From positions 2,560,001-2,624,000 of the forward strand of contig OY762721.1 of NCBI GenBank assembly GCA_963666345.1: a stretch of DNA of 64,000 nucleotides, given 5' to 3'. This DNA comes from Desulfatiglandales bacterium (lineage in GTDB: Bacteria; Desulfobacterota; DSM-4660; Desulfatiglandales; Desulfatiglandaceae). Below the pieces are notes generated by a model that saw only the letters and a program-made list of their open reading frames with translations, did no database searches and was not told where the DNA came from. A program made the translations under genes and the position numbers. Shown in pieces: positions 10,534 to 20,690 of the stretch; positions within the stretch are counted from its first letter, which is position 1; each line of letters opens with the position of its first letter.

Positions 10534-11412
10534 ATGGATATAAAAAATAAGAGCAATGAATCAATCGCTTCTGGAAATAACTGGCTTAAGGAATGTTCCA
10601 ATAATATTTTTTCGCAGTTTGGAGAGGATGGGATAATAGAAAAGATCTTTTCCATGCTTCCCGATTCAAACAGATGGTGTGTGGAATTCGGGGCGTGGGA
10701 TGGGAAGCACCTTAGCAATACCCATCTGCTGCTCAGCCAAAAAGGATGGTCCGGTGTATTGTTCGAGGCAAGCCGGGAAAGATTCGGAGATCTCCTTCGA
10801 ACATATGATGGTAATGAAAAAATAATCTGTATTAACAAGATGGTAGCCTTTGAAGGCAAAAATACCCTTGACCGGCTCCTTGCTATAACCCCGGTCCCTG
10901 AAGATTTCGACCTTCTTTCCATTGATGTAGACGGGAACGATTATCATATATGGCGGTCGCTGGAAAAATACAGGCCCCGTGTCGTGATTATAGAGTTCAA
11001 TAACACTATCCCGAATTCCGTGGAGTTTATCCAGCCGGCTGATCCGTCGGTCAATCAGGGCTCTTCTCTTCTTGCCATGTGCAACCTGGGCAAAGAAAAG
11101 GGATACGAACTTATCGCGGTAACGGATTCTAACGCTTTCTTTGCAGACGCCAAGTACTTCGAATTTTTCCAGATAGGAGAAAATTCACCTGAGGCTATGA
11201 ACGGGGACCAGAAATATCTGACCCATATCTTTCAGCTTTATGACGGTACCCTGGTTGCTGAAGGAAATCTGAAACTTTTGTGGCATGGAATACCTATTGA
11301 CCAGAAAAAGATTCAGGTCCTTCCCAGCTCATTCAGGTATTTTCCGGAGAAAAAAGTGAACCCTTTAATTAAGTTTGCTTTTTCCATATACAGGAAGCTG
11401 TTTTTAAAGTGA
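10534..11412 (+). CDS. FkbM-like putative methyltransferase
   Basis: FSQFGEDGII, VEFGAWDG, LLSIDVDGNDY. Confidence 0.72.
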   Translation: MDIKNKSNESIASGNNWLKECSNNIFSQFGEDGIIEKIFSMLPDSNRWCVEFGAWDGKHLSNTHLLLSQKGWSGVLFEASRERFGDLLRTYDGNEKIICINKMVAFEGKNTLDRLLAITPVPEDFDLLSIDVDGNDYHIWRSLEKYRPRVVIIEFNNTIPNSVEFIQPADPSVNQGSSLLAMCNLGKEKGYELIAVTDSNAFFADAKYFEFFQIGENSPEAMNGDQKYLTHIFQLYDGTLVAEGNLKLLWHGIPIDQKKIQVLPSSFRYFPEKKVNPLIKFAFSIYRKLFLK

Positions 11413-11462
11413 ATAAAATGGATTTGTCTATATTGCTTCTAGCCTAGGGAAAGAGGCTCTAA

Positions 11463-12200
11463 TTGAAAATTGATATTATGCGACCTGTAAAACGAGTTAC
11501 CTTTTACAAGGATTACTCGACCTTTAAGGGGCAGGCAAAAAGATCGAAAGAGCTGTTTCCTTTGGGAAAACCATATCCCTGCCTGGATGAAAAAAATGAG
11601 CAAAGCGGAACTGCTGCGGGGCACTACTTTCATCAGGATCTTCTTGTGGCCCAGAAGATATTCCATAATAGACCTGAAAGACATGCCGATGTAGGTTCAA
11701 GAATAGATGGATTTGTGGCCCATGTGGCGTCTTTCAGGGAAATCGAAGTCTTTGATGTCCGTCCCCTGGAGATTGATATTCCGAATATAAAATTCAGACA
11801 GGCAAATTTCATGGAAAAAGATTTTGATCTCTTAGACTGCTTCCCTTCCATTTCATGCCTTCACGCGATAGAGCATTTCGGCCTTGGAAGATATGGGGAT
11901 AAAATCGATTTCGAAGGTCACCTGAAGGGGTTGGATAACATATACGGGATGCTTCAAAAGGGAGGGAAATTTTACTTCTCAGTGCCTATCGGTCCCCAGC
12001 GGATAGAATTTAATGCGCACAGGATTTTTTCGATGAGATATCTTATCGATCTTATTGAACCGAAGTACAAAATCGATTCTTTTTCATATGTAAATGATGA
12101 CGGCAATTTGGTAAAAGATGCGGCTCTTCATGAAAAAGATATCAGAAACAACTATTTTTGTAATTATGGTTGCGGTATTTTCGAACTTACAAAGAAATAG
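11463..12200 (+). CDS. DUF268-like SAM-dependent methyltransferase-fold protein
   Basis: HYFHQDL, DVGSRIDGFV, HAIEHFGLGRYGD, FNAHR. Confidence 0.75.
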   Translation: MKIDIMRPVKRVTFYKDYSTFKGQAKRSKELFPLGKPYPCLDEKNEQSGTAAGHYFHQDLLVAQKIFHNRPERHADVGSRIDGFVAHVASFREIEVFDVRPLEIDIPNIKFRQANFMEKDFDLLDCFPSISCLHAIEHFGLGRYGDKIDFEGHLKGLDNIYGMLQKGGKFYFSVPIGPQRIEFNAHRIFSMRYLIDLIEPKYKIDSFSYVNDDGNLVKDAALHEKDIRNNYFCNYGCGIFELTKK

Positions 12201-12278
12201 AAACAAATTTATCCTGTTATTCCTGTAATCATAGCACTTTGTTTAAAATAACATTTGAGAGGTTGATTTATCAAGCCT

Positions 12279-12875
12279 ATGTTTGACTACATGCAAAAGC
12301 TCAGATACCGATGGAACTATAAGAAATGGAGTTCAAAGGGAAAACCTGAACCTGTTCCACACTTTGTAAAGCAGATGGTGGTACTTGAATATGCCGCCAA
12401 ATCGGGTATCGATATCTTTATCGAGACCGGGACATATCTGGGTGATATGCTTAAAGCGGTAAAAAGAAGGTTCGACATGATCTATTCCATAGAACTCAGT
12501 GAAGAGTATTTCAACCGGGCCAAAAGGAAATTTCAAAGACATAGGCACATAGAAATATTTCAGGGTGACAGCACCGATGTCCTTCCTATGTTAGTGAGTA
12601 AGATTGAAAGGCCTGCTTTATTCTGGCTGGATGCGCATTATTCCTCGGGGAAAACCGCAAGGGGAAAAAAGGACACCCCGATAATTGAAGAGTTAAAGAC
12701 AATCTTTGACTCTAAAATAAGCGGGCATGTTATTCTGATAGATGATGCCAGATGTTTCACCGGGGAAAACGACTATCCCGAAATAGAGGATCTGAAGGCT
12801 TTTACAGTCGAAAAATATCCCAAAAGCTCATTTGAGCTGCAAGATGATATAATAAGGATACTTACCTTCAGATGA
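12279..12875 (+). CDS. Putative methyltransferase-fold protein of glycan clusters
   Basis: FIETGTYLG, SIEL, QGDS, FWLDAHYS, ILIDDAR. Confidence 0.7.
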   Translation: MFDYMQKLRYRWNYKKWSSKGKPEPVPHFVKQMVVLEYAAKSGIDIFIETGTYLGDMLKAVKRRFDMIYSIELSEEYFNRAKRKFQRHRHIEIFQGDSTDVLPMLVSKIERPALFWLDAHYSSGKTARGKKDTPIIEELKTIFDSKISGHVILIDDARCFTGENDYPEIEDLKAFTVEKYPKSSFELQDDIIRILTFR

Positions 12876-13045
12876 TAATAGGGTGAGCCCTGTATTTAGA
12901 GGCATAGAAGGTTTTAAGGAAAGACGCCTGCTTTTATGATAAATTTAGAAACTTTTCCGGCATTGACCGCGATATTGAGTTTATCGACCGAACGCGGGAA
13001 GAGCAATAAAGGAAGGGCTGGAGTTTTCAGTAGGGGGAATGAATT

Positions 13046-13423
13046 TTGAGAGGATTTTTGACCGGATATCTTTGCATCCTGGGCACCGTGTTATTAACCG
13101 TTTATGGACAGTTGGTTATTAAATGGCAGATAATTAAAGCCGGGGCTTTCCCGGAAGGAATTACAGAAAGGGTATGGTTTCTTTTGCGTATGGTGTTCAA
13201 TCCGTGGGTGATAAGCTGCCTGGCCGCGGCCTTTCTGGCTTTTCTCTTATGGATGGTGGCTATGACAAGATTTGAATTAAGCCATGCATATCCGTTTGTG
13301 AGCATGTCATTTGTGGTTGTCCTTGTATTGAGCGGCCTTTTTTTCCATGAATCAATAACAGTGCCTAAACTGCTGGGGGTATTGTTGATAATGTCAGGTA
13401 TTATTGTAGGGGCTCAGGGATGA
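13046..13423 (+). CDS. EamA/ArnE-ArnF-like undecaprenyl-phosphate-sugar flippase
   Basis: 125 aa, 4 TM, WMVAMTRFELSHAYPFVS, FFHESIT. Confidence 0.8.
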   Translation: MRGFLTGYLCILGTVLLTVYGQLVIKWQIIKAGAFPEGITERVWFLLRMVFNPWVISCLAAAFLAFLLWMVAMTRFELSHAYPFVSMSFVVVLVLSGLFFHESITVPKLLGVLLIMSGIIVGAQG

Positions 13424-14295
13424 AGGTATGCCTGTCATGCGGGCAGCGATTTTCAGCCCAAGACTGGCGGTGTCCTTCCTGCAATAAATATCCTGAAACG
13501 GTTGATGACTTTCTTTCCTTTGCTCCTGATCTTGTGTCGGAAAACGACGGGTTTGAAGCGAAATCCTTTGAAATGCTTTTCAAGGTTGAGGCTGCGAATT
13601 TCTGGTTCAGGTCACGTAACAGACTATTGATTTGGACATTGCGGAAATATTTCCCAAATGCGAAAAGTCTTTTTGAGATTGGATGCGGCACCGGCTATGT
13701 CTTGTCCGGAATTCAAAGCGAATTACCGGGCCTTCATTTATATGGAAGCGATATCTTCAGTAACGGTTTGTCGTTTGCTGATAAGCGTCTGTTCGATGTC
13801 TCGCTTTTTCAGATGGATGCAAGGCTGATACCCTTTGAAGAGGAATTCGATGTAATTGGCGCGTTTGACGTCCTGGAGCATATTGCTGAAGACGATGTCG
13901 TGCTTCAACAGATGTTCCAGGCGGTAAAACCGGGGGGGGGGGTAATAATAACTGTTCCGCAGCACAGGTTTTTATGGAGCATAGTGGATGCATACTCATT
14001 TCACAAACGACGATACACGAAAACGGAACTGATAAAAAAAGTGAAAGATGCGGGGTTCCAAGTTATGTATTCTACCTCCTTTGTCTCTTTTCTGCTGCCC
14101 CTTATGCTTCTTTCACGTATGAAAAGGCATGTCTCTACAGACAAGTTTGATCCCCTGGCGGAACTTAGAATCGGACGGGCTGCAAACAGGGTGTTGGAAA
14201 AGATCCTTGCTGTGGAAAGGCGATGCATCAAGTTGGGTGTGTCTTTGCCAGCAGGTGGATCGCTTCTTGTCATAGCAAAACGAAGCAGGAGGTGA
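13420..14295 (+). CDS. Class I SAM-dependent methyltransferase with N-terminal Zn ribbon; contains a G11 tract
   Basis: CLSC..CPSC, FWFRSRN, EIGCGTG, FDVLEHI, HKRRY. Confidence 0.85.
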   Translation: MKVCLSCGQRFSAQDWRCPSCNKYPETVDDFLSFAPDLVSENDGFEAKSFEMLFKVEAANFWFRSRNRLLIWTLRKYFPNAKSLFEIGCGTGYVLSGIQSELPGLHLYGSDIFSNGLSFADKRLFDVSLFQMDARLIPFEEEFDVIGAFDVLEHIAEDDVVLQQMFQAVKPGGGVIITVPQHRFLWSIVDAYSFHKRRYTKTELIKKVKDAGFQVMYSTSFVSFLLPLMLLSRMKRHVSTDKFDPLAELRIGRAANRVLEKILAVERRCIKLGVSLPAGGSLLVIAKRSRR

Positions 14296-14298
14296 TAA

Positions 14299-15447
14299 TT
14301 GAGCACTTTGATTTCTTTTAACAGGCCTTTTATCGTAGGCAAGGAATTATACTATATCGCGCAGGCGGTTCAGGACGGTCATCTGGCGGGAGACGGCAAT
14401 TTTACAAAGAAGTGCAATGAGTGGATGGAGCGGACCTTCCAGGCAAAAAAGATTCTGCTTACTCATTCAGGCTCCGGGGCTCTTGATATATGTGCCATGC
14501 TTTGCGATATAAAGCCCGGTGATGAAGTCATAATGCCCTCCTTTACTTTCGTTTCAACCGCCAACCCTTTTGTCCTGGGAGGGGCGCGCATCAGGTTCGT
14601 TGATATCCGTCCCGATACCCTGAATATCGATGAGACTCTGATCGAAGCTGCTGTCAACGAACATACCAGGGTGATTGTGCCGATGCATTATGCGGGTGTC
14701 GGCTGCGAGATGGATTCGATCATGGATATAGCGCACAGGCATGATCTGCTTGTCGTGGAGGACGCGGCCCAGGGGGTGAATGCTACTTACAAGAAGCGAT
14801 ACCTTGGAACAATCGGTCATCTGGGTGCTTACAGCTTTCATGAGACCAAGAATTTTATAAGCGGCGAGGGCGGGGCACTTGTTGTAAATGATGAGAGGTT
14901 TATTGAACGAGCTGAAATTATCAGGGAAAAGGGGACCAATCGAAACAAGTTTTTCCGCGGAGAGGTGGATAAGTATACCTGGGTGGACATTGGATCGTCA
15001 TTTCTGCCCTCGGAGCTGGTTGCGGCGTTTCTTTACGCTCAGCTTGAAGAGGCTGATGTCATAACGATGAAGAGGAGCGCGATATTCAGCTATTACTTGG
15101 AACAGCTTTCTCCGCTATGTGAAAAAGGGCATATCCGTATACCATCATGCCCCTCTGAATGTCGGCATAACGCCCACCTCTTTTATCTTTTAATTGATAA
15201 TGCTCTGGGCGATCGTGACCGGTTGATTGCATATTTAGAAAAGAGAAATATTAATGCGGTATTTCACTATATCCCACTACATACATCGCCAGTGGGTATT
15301 GGAATGGGCTACAGAGAAGGAGAGCTGCCGGTTACAGAGGATTTGAGCGAGAGACTTGTGCGGCTTCCCTGTTATTATGAACTGACAAGGGAAGATCAGG
15401 ACAGGGTAATTGACGGGGTCTATGAATTTTTCGGATTCCACAGGTAA
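14299..15447 (+). CDS. wecE: dTDP-4-amino-4,6-dideoxygalactose transaminase
   Basis: SFHETKN (PLP Lys), EKGTNR..FFRGEVDKYTWVDIGSS, AVFHYIPLH. Confidence 0.92.
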   Translation: MSTLISFNRPFIVGKELYYIAQAVQDGHLAGDGNFTKKCNEWMERTFQAKKILLTHSGSGALDICAMLCDIKPGDEVIMPSFTFVSTANPFVLGGARIRFVDIRPDTLNIDETLIEAAVNEHTRVIVPMHYAGVGCEMDSIMDIAHRHDLLVVEDAAQGVNATYKKRYLGTIGHLGAYSFHETKNFISGEGGALVVNDERFIERAEIIREKGTNRNKFFRGEVDKYTWVDIGSSFLPSELVAAFLYAQLEEADVITMKRSAIFSYYLEQLSPLCEKGHIRIPSCPSECRHNAHLFYLLIDNALGDRDRLIAYLEKRNINAVFHYIPLHTSPVGIGMGYREGELPVTEDLSERLVRLPCYYELTREDQDRVIDGVYEFFGFHR

Positions 15448-15454
15448 ATGTTTT

Positions 15455-15533
15455 TCTTATCGTGGCTGTCTGGAACGGCTATGGAACCGCGGCTTGAAAC
15501 AGTTATAAAGAATGACGGAATCTACCGATAGAC
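15455..15533 (+). repeat. Left copy of ~80 bp diverged direct repeat flanking the cassette
   Basis: Exact 26-mer AAGAATGACGGAATCTACCGATAGAC at 15508-15533 and 23298-23323; upstream TGGCTGTCTG..ATGGAA..GC also shared. Confidence 0.9.
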
Positions 15534-15556
15534 AGGCAAATAAGAAGAACAACTAG

Positions 15557-15656
15557 GCGGCTTTTATTCCCTCTCTAAAGTGGATGGTGGAGATGACAAA
15601 GTTTGAAATATTTTTCCCTGCCCTTTTGTGAGGTTGAATCTCATTGTCATGTATTA
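15557..15656 (+). pseudogene. Decayed fragment of an arnF/EamA-like gene
   Basis: Translates AAFIPSLKWMVEMTKFE / PFVR versus AAFLAFLLWMVAMTRFE / PFVS in 13046-13423; frameshifted, no start. Confidence 0.7.
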
Positions 15657-15701
15657 TCAGAATCGGAGTTGAAAAGAGATGGTGGAGGGATCAAGGAGAA
15701 A

Positions 15702-16886
15702 ATGACGAAACAACCCAAGATGCTTATTGCAGGAGGTGGATATGCGGATATACCTCTTATATTGGCAGCTAAAAAAATCGGCTACTATGTAATTACAAGC
15801 GGCAATCGACCCGATGAGCTTGGTCATAATTATTCGGATGAATATCAGAAAGCAGATTTTTCTGATTCAGATGCGATGTTTGAACTTGCCCGAAGTATGA
15901 AAATATCAGCTATCTGCCCGTGTTGCAATGACTTTTCTGCGCTTTCATGCGCTTATGTCGCTGAAAAATTGGGGTTGCCTGGTCATGATTCACTGGAAGT
16001 GGCAAAGATTATACATCACAAAGATCGATACAGGGACTTCGCGATTAAAAATGGCATACCTACGCCGCGTGCCAAATGGTCGAGCAATGTAAAGGACGCA
16101 CTTAAAGCAGTTAATTCACTAACATTTCCTTTAATCATTAAACCGGTCGATCTAACCGGCGGTAAGGGCGTTTCGACAATTTACGCGCAAGAACAGGCAA
16201 AAGGTGCCATAGAGAAGGCATTCCAAATATCTCGTGCAAAACGTATGGTTATTGAGGAGTATTTAGAGGGAAGCCGTCATGGTTTTTCGGCATTTTTGAG
16301 AAAAGGAAAAGTTGCCTTCTATTTTTCAGACAACGAACACTACTATTTAAATCCCTATCTTGTGTCTGCAGCCTCTGTTCCCGGTATTGTTCCTATCGAT
16401 ACAGTGAAACAGCTTTGTGATATGTCTGAGAAAATAGCGTTATTACTGTCTTTAAAAACAGGTATTTTTCACATTCAATATATACTGCATAAAGGTCAAC
16501 CTGTTATTATCGAAATATGTCGAAGAGCACCTGGTGATTTATATGTCAGGTTGGTGGAAATCGCAACAGGGGTGGATTACGCAAAATGGATCGTGAGGGC
16601 TTCAGCAGGATTAGGCTGTGAAGAATTGGAATATGTCGAACCAAAAGGCTTTTTTACTCGTCACTGTGTCATGGCATCACGAATTGGTATTATTCAAAAT
16701 ATTAACTTTGACCGATCTCTTGACGACATGATTGTTGAGAAGATGATGTGGTGGAAACATGGCGACCGAGTGACGGATGTTTTAACTACTAAATTTGGAA
16801 TTGTATTTGTGAAATTTGATTCACAGAATGAAATGATGGAAAAAACGGAAAGACTTCACGATTTGATTTATTGCCGGATAGAGTGA
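15702..16886 (+). CDS. ATP-grasp ligase family protein
   Basis: RBS AAGGAG then ATG 15702; HKDRYR, IIKPVDLTGGKGV, IEEYLEG, IIEICRRAPG. Confidence 0.85.
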   Translation: MTKQPKMLIAGGGYADIPLILAAKKIGYYVITSGNRPDELGHNYSDEYQKADFSDSDAMFELARSMKISAICPCCNDFSALSCAYVAEKLGLPGHDSLEVAKIIHHKDRYRDFAIKNGIPTPRAKWSSNVKDALKAVNSLTFPLIIKPVDLTGGKGVSTIYAQEQAKGAIEKAFQISRAKRMVIEEYLEGSRHGFSAFLRKGKVAFYFSDNEHYYLNPYLVSAASVPGIVPIDTVKQLCDMSEKIALLLSLKTGIFHIQYILHKGQPVIIEICRRAPGDLYVRLVEIATGVDYAKWIVRASAGLGCEELEYVEPKGFFTRHCVMASRIGIIQNINFDRSLDDMIVEKMMWWKHGDRVTDVLTTKFGIVFVKFDSQNEMMEKTERLHDLIYCRIE

Positions 16887-16915
16887 AATTTGAAGTAATT
16901 GCAGGGAGAGAGTCG

Positions 16916-17659
16916 ATGTTAAAAAACAAAGTGGCCATAGTAACCGGAGGATCTCGAGGAATCGGTAGAGCAATAGCTCAAAAATTTGCCGAAAATGGAG
17001 CATCCTTACTCCTTGTCGCTTTGCACGAAGCAAACTTATCGAATGCAAAACAAGAAATGAACAATATGGGTCTTAATGTTAATACATTATGCGGAGATAT
17101 TTCCGAACCGGCCTTTTCGCAACATATTATGGCGCATACCCTGGGAACATTCGGCACTGTGGATATACTGGTAAACTGTGCGGGCATGATAACACGGACA
17201 CCGTTTGCAGGCCTTTCGCTGGAGGAGTGGCACAGAGTTATCAATGTAAACCTGCATGGGACATTCTATTTAAGCCAGGCGGTGCTACCTGCAATGTGTA
17301 AAAATAATTATGGGAAGATAATCAACATTACTTCACAAATGGCAAGGGTGCCTCATCCTAATGCCTCTCCCAGTTATGAGGTTTCAAAGGCTGGTATGGC
17401 CGCTTTGACACGGCATTTAGCGTATCATTATGCAAAATATAACATCTGTGTGAACTCTATCGCTCCCGGATCGATTGACACTGATTTACCGAAAAGCATG
17501 GGTACAGAATCGCGTCAAAAACTCAAAAGTGCCGTTCCGCTTGGGCGATTGGGAAAATCGGAAGAGGTTGGATCTCTGGCCTTGTTTCTTGCATCGGATA
17601 ATTCTAATTATATTACGGGTACTACCATAAATATCAATGGCGGTTCGTTAATGGATTAG
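16916..17659 (+). CDS. SDR oxidoreductase (FabG-like)
   Basis: TGGSRGIG, NCAG, YEVSK (YxxxK), NSIAPG. Confidence 0.9.
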   Translation: MLKNKVAIVTGGSRGIGRAIAQKFAENGASLLLVALHEANLSNAKQEMNNMGLNVNTLCGDISEPAFSQHIMAHTLGTFGTVDILVNCAGMITRTPFAGLSLEEWHRVINVNLHGTFYLSQAVLPAMCKNNYGKIINITSQMARVPHPNASPSYEVSKAGMAALTRHLAYHYAKYNICVNSIAPGSIDTDLPKSMGTESRQKLKSAVPLGRLGKSEEVGSLALFLASDNSNYITGTTININGGSLMD

Positions 17660-17760
17660 GATGAGCGTAAGGATTATTTCACAAAACCAATTCCATGTAG
17701 CTTTGCTGCGGGGTTAGATCTAAAATAGTTAATTTTTATTGTCGGTGTAAAACAGGGAAG

Positions 17761-18516
17761 ATGTCATCATACCTTGCAGCTTTGCTGTGTGAAAAGTTCA
17801 TCAAAAAATACATGAGGGTTTTTATGAAAGAGATTCCGCCGGAAGTTTCTAAGAGTGATAGTAATTTGATCCATGAAATATCGTCCCGGAAGCTATCACT
17901 CGGATCATTCCAGAATTTGGCTGCTACGGTTATAGCATGTAGATATCTTCTTAAAAATAAAATCGAAGGAGATTTTGTTGAATGCGGTGTCTGGCGAGGA
18001 GGGCAATCCATTATTGCAGCCAAGATTTTAGGTGAAGGCATGTATAGAAATTATTGGCTCTTTGATACGTTTTGCGGGATGACTCCGCCGACAAAGCTGG
18101 ATGTTGATTATCTGGGAAGGGAGGCGAAAAACAAGGCAGGGAAACAGGATGATGTGATTGAAAATGACTGGGTTTATGCAGAAAAGCACCAAGTCATAGA
18201 CAATATTAAAAATTTTGGACTTGATATCGGAAGATTCAAACTAATTGCCGGAGATGTCGTTGATACCTTAAAGGAATTGGATAATCTCCCCCCAAAAATA
18301 TCGTTGCTCCGTTTAGACACTGATTGGTACGAGTCTACAAAGGTTGAACTTGATGCGCTTTATGACTTGATCGTTCCAAAGGGAATTTTGATAATCGATG
18401 ATTACGGGCATTGGAAAGGAGCAAGAGAGGCGGTTGATGAGTTTTTCGAAAAACGCTTTGCCCCTTTGTTAATCCCTGTAGACTATACATGCCGTATCGT
18501 AATAAAGGCCGAATAA
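17761..18516 (+). CDS. TylF/MycF/NovP-family sugar O-methyltransferase (start uncertain)
   Basis: GDFVECGVWRGG, LFDTF.G, LRLDTDWYEST, IIDDYGHW.GA. Confidence 0.9.
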   Translation: MSSYLAALLCEKFIKKYMRVFMKEIPPEVSKSDSNLIHEISSRKLSLGSFQNLAATVIACRYLLKNKIEGDFVECGVWRGGQSIIAAKILGEGMYRNYWLFDTFCGMTPPTKLDVDYLGREAKNKAGKQDDVIENDWVYAEKHQVIDNIKNFGLDIGRFKLIAGDVVDTLKELDNLPPKISLLRLDTDWYESTKVELDALYDLIVPKGILIIDDYGHWKGAREAVDEFFEKRFAPLLIPVDYTCRIVIKAE

Positions 18517-18588
18517 ATAGCAATACATATTAATTATATTTTCACATTTGTCTGGAGTTGTTCGTTAATGATTCAAGAGGTTTAACGT

Positions 18589-19689
18589 ATGCTAACAGAA
18601 AAAATAGTTTCTCAGTCAGATATAGATGAACGCTTATCGCATATTAATGAATTAAGCACGTTTCCCATTGTATTATATGGTGCTGGGTTACATGCGTCTG
18701 AAATCGAGTCTTATTTACAGGGGAAAAAGATTTGTATATCTGGCTGCTTTGTTGATGACAGGTATTTGAATTTTGAGCATCGTGTCTCACTTCCTGTCCA
18801 TTCTTTTGACACCATAAAAGAGACTTTCGACAAATTTAATGTTGTTGTAGGATTTTGCAACGATCCGGTTGTTGTGCACGAAAGGTTCAACAGAATCAAA
18901 GGGGAAAAAGTTAATTCAGTGCAGTTTATTGACTGCCGTTTTTGGCAAGAATTTGAAAAGCTGGATCTTGCTTCTATAAAGAAGAATGAAAATAATTACA
19001 ATAAAGTGTGCGCATTCTTCTCAGATGAAAAATCACAAAATACGTACGTTGAATTTATAAATGCAAAATTGACACATGATCCATCAAGGCTTTATGGTCT
19101 GTATTCAAAGCCTCAGTATTTTCCGGATGATCTCCCCATATTTATTCCAACATCTGATGATATATACATTGATGGCGGAGCATATACGGGGGATACGTTG
19201 ATTGATGTCATGGCAATGACTGGTGCCAGGGGTTGTGCAAAATATTATGCTTTTGAACCTGATGCGAAAAATGCTGAAAAATTACGGTCAGTTGTTGATG
19301 CGCGTCACTGGAATTTTGTTAAAGTTATTGAAAAAGGTCTTTGGAGCCAGCCATCGAGGGTTAACTTCGCAGAAAACAACGATACCGGTTCGGCTGTCAA
19401 TGCAATTGGAAATGTACAGATAGATGTGGATGCTATTGATACGTTTAATATTCCGGCGTCATTCATCAAGATGGATATTGAGGGATCCGAGTATAAAGCC
19501 CTTGTCGGAGCAAGAGAGACAATTCTCAAATACCGACCCAATTTGCTTATCTCCCTTTATCATAAGCCTGAGGATTTGCTGCAGATTCCGCTCTATATCA
19601 AGTCTTTGTGCCCTGAATATCGTTTATATTTGAGAATACATGGTTATTACACCGAAGAATTGGTGTTATATGCGACTGTAGGCGATTAG
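18589..19689 (+). CDS. FkbM-family methyltransferase with N-terminal Rossmann-like extension
   Basis: LYGAG, IDGGAYTGDT, AFEPD, FIKMDIEGSE, SLYHKPEDL. Confidence 0.88.
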   Translation: MLTEKIVSQSDIDERLSHINELSTFPIVLYGAGLHASEIESYLQGKKICISGCFVDDRYLNFEHRVSLPVHSFDTIKETFDKFNVVVGFCNDPVVVHERFNRIKGEKVNSVQFIDCRFWQEFEKLDLASIKKNENNYNKVCAFFSDEKSQNTYVEFINAKLTHDPSRLYGLYSKPQYFPDDLPIFIPTSDDIYIDGGAYTGDTLIDVMAMTGARGCAKYYAFEPDAKNAEKLRSVVDARHWNFVKVIEKGLWSQPSRVNFAENNDTGSAVNAIGNVQIDVDAIDTFNIPASFIKMDIEGSEYKALVGARETILKYRPNLLISLYHKPEDLLQIPLYIKSLCPEYRLYLRIHGYYTEELVLYATVGD

Positions 19690-19718
19690 CATGTTTAAAT
19701 ATATTCCAAAGGGATTAG

Positions 19719-20657
19719 ATGGTACTTAAAATGAAATTATCAATAATTAGCCCAATATATCACTCAATAAACAGTATTATCCCTCTCTATGAGCAAATTA
19801 CAGGGTCAATAAAGTCAATATCCGACTTCTCGGATTATGAGATAATTATGGTTGAGGATTGTGGCGGTGATGGATCTTGGGAACTTATTAACAAATTGGC
19901 AGTGAACGACGTGCATGTCAAGGGTATTAAATTAAGTAGAAATTTCGGCCAGCATCATGCGATTACTGCCGGAATGGATTTATGTACGGGAGATTGGGTT
20001 GTAGTCATGGATTGCGACCTCCAGGATGATCCATCTGCGATTGCTAAGTTATGGGAAAAGGCAAAGGAAGGATATGATGTCGTCAATGTTAGACGGAAGG
20101 AACGTAAAGACTCTTTTATTAAAAAAACTCGTTCCAGGCTGTACCATGTCTTTTTTAGGTGGTTAACGGGATTTTCTTACGACCCTCAAATAGCCAATTT
20201 TCATATTATGAGCAGGAAGGTGGTCGACACCTACAAAACCATGCGTGAAAGTTTTAGAGGTATCAACATTCAAATTCATTGGTTAGGTTTCTCCACCTCC
20301 AGCATAGATTTTCCGCATATGCCGCGCTACGATGGGAAGAGTTCATACACTTTAGGTAAGCTATTGGCGCTGGCTCTTGACGTAGCGGTCTCCTATTCCA
20401 ATAAACCTTTACATATTTCAATCATGATTGGCCTTATTATTTCATTTTCTTCGATGGGAATAGCGCTTTGGTTTTTTATTCGTCAGCTTATATGGAAAAT
20501 TCCGATCACAGGATGGACAAGTCTGATAGTATCAATTTGGTTTCTTGGAGGCTGTATCATCGCTAATCTGGGCGTTATAGGTATCTATATAGGTAAAATT
20601 TATAATGAAACCAAACATAGACCTATCTATGTAATTGATAAGAAAGTGAATTATTAA
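19719..20657 (+). CDS. GtrB/ArnC-like polyprenol-phosphate glycosyltransferase (GT2)
   Basis: LSRNFGQHHAITAG, MDCDLQDDP, two C-terminal TMs, YIGKIYNETKHRPIY. Confidence 0.9.
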   Translation: MVLKMKLSIISPIYHSINSIIPLYEQITGSIKSISDFSDYEIIMVEDCGGDGSWELINKLAVNDVHVKGIKLSRNFGQHHAITAGMDLCTGDWVVVMDCDLQDDPSAIAKLWEKAKEGYDVVNVRRKERKDSFIKKTRSRLYHVFFRWLTGFSYDPQIANFHIMSRKVVDTYKTMRESFRGINIQIHWLGFSTSSIDFPHMPRYDGKSSYTLGKLLALALDVAVSYSNKPLHISIMIGLIISFSSMGIALWFFIRQLIWKIPITGWTSLIVSIWFLGGCIIANLGVIGIYIGKIYNETKHRPIYVIDKKVNY

Positions 20658-20690
20658 TTAGAATATGAATCTATTAATATACGGATATAA

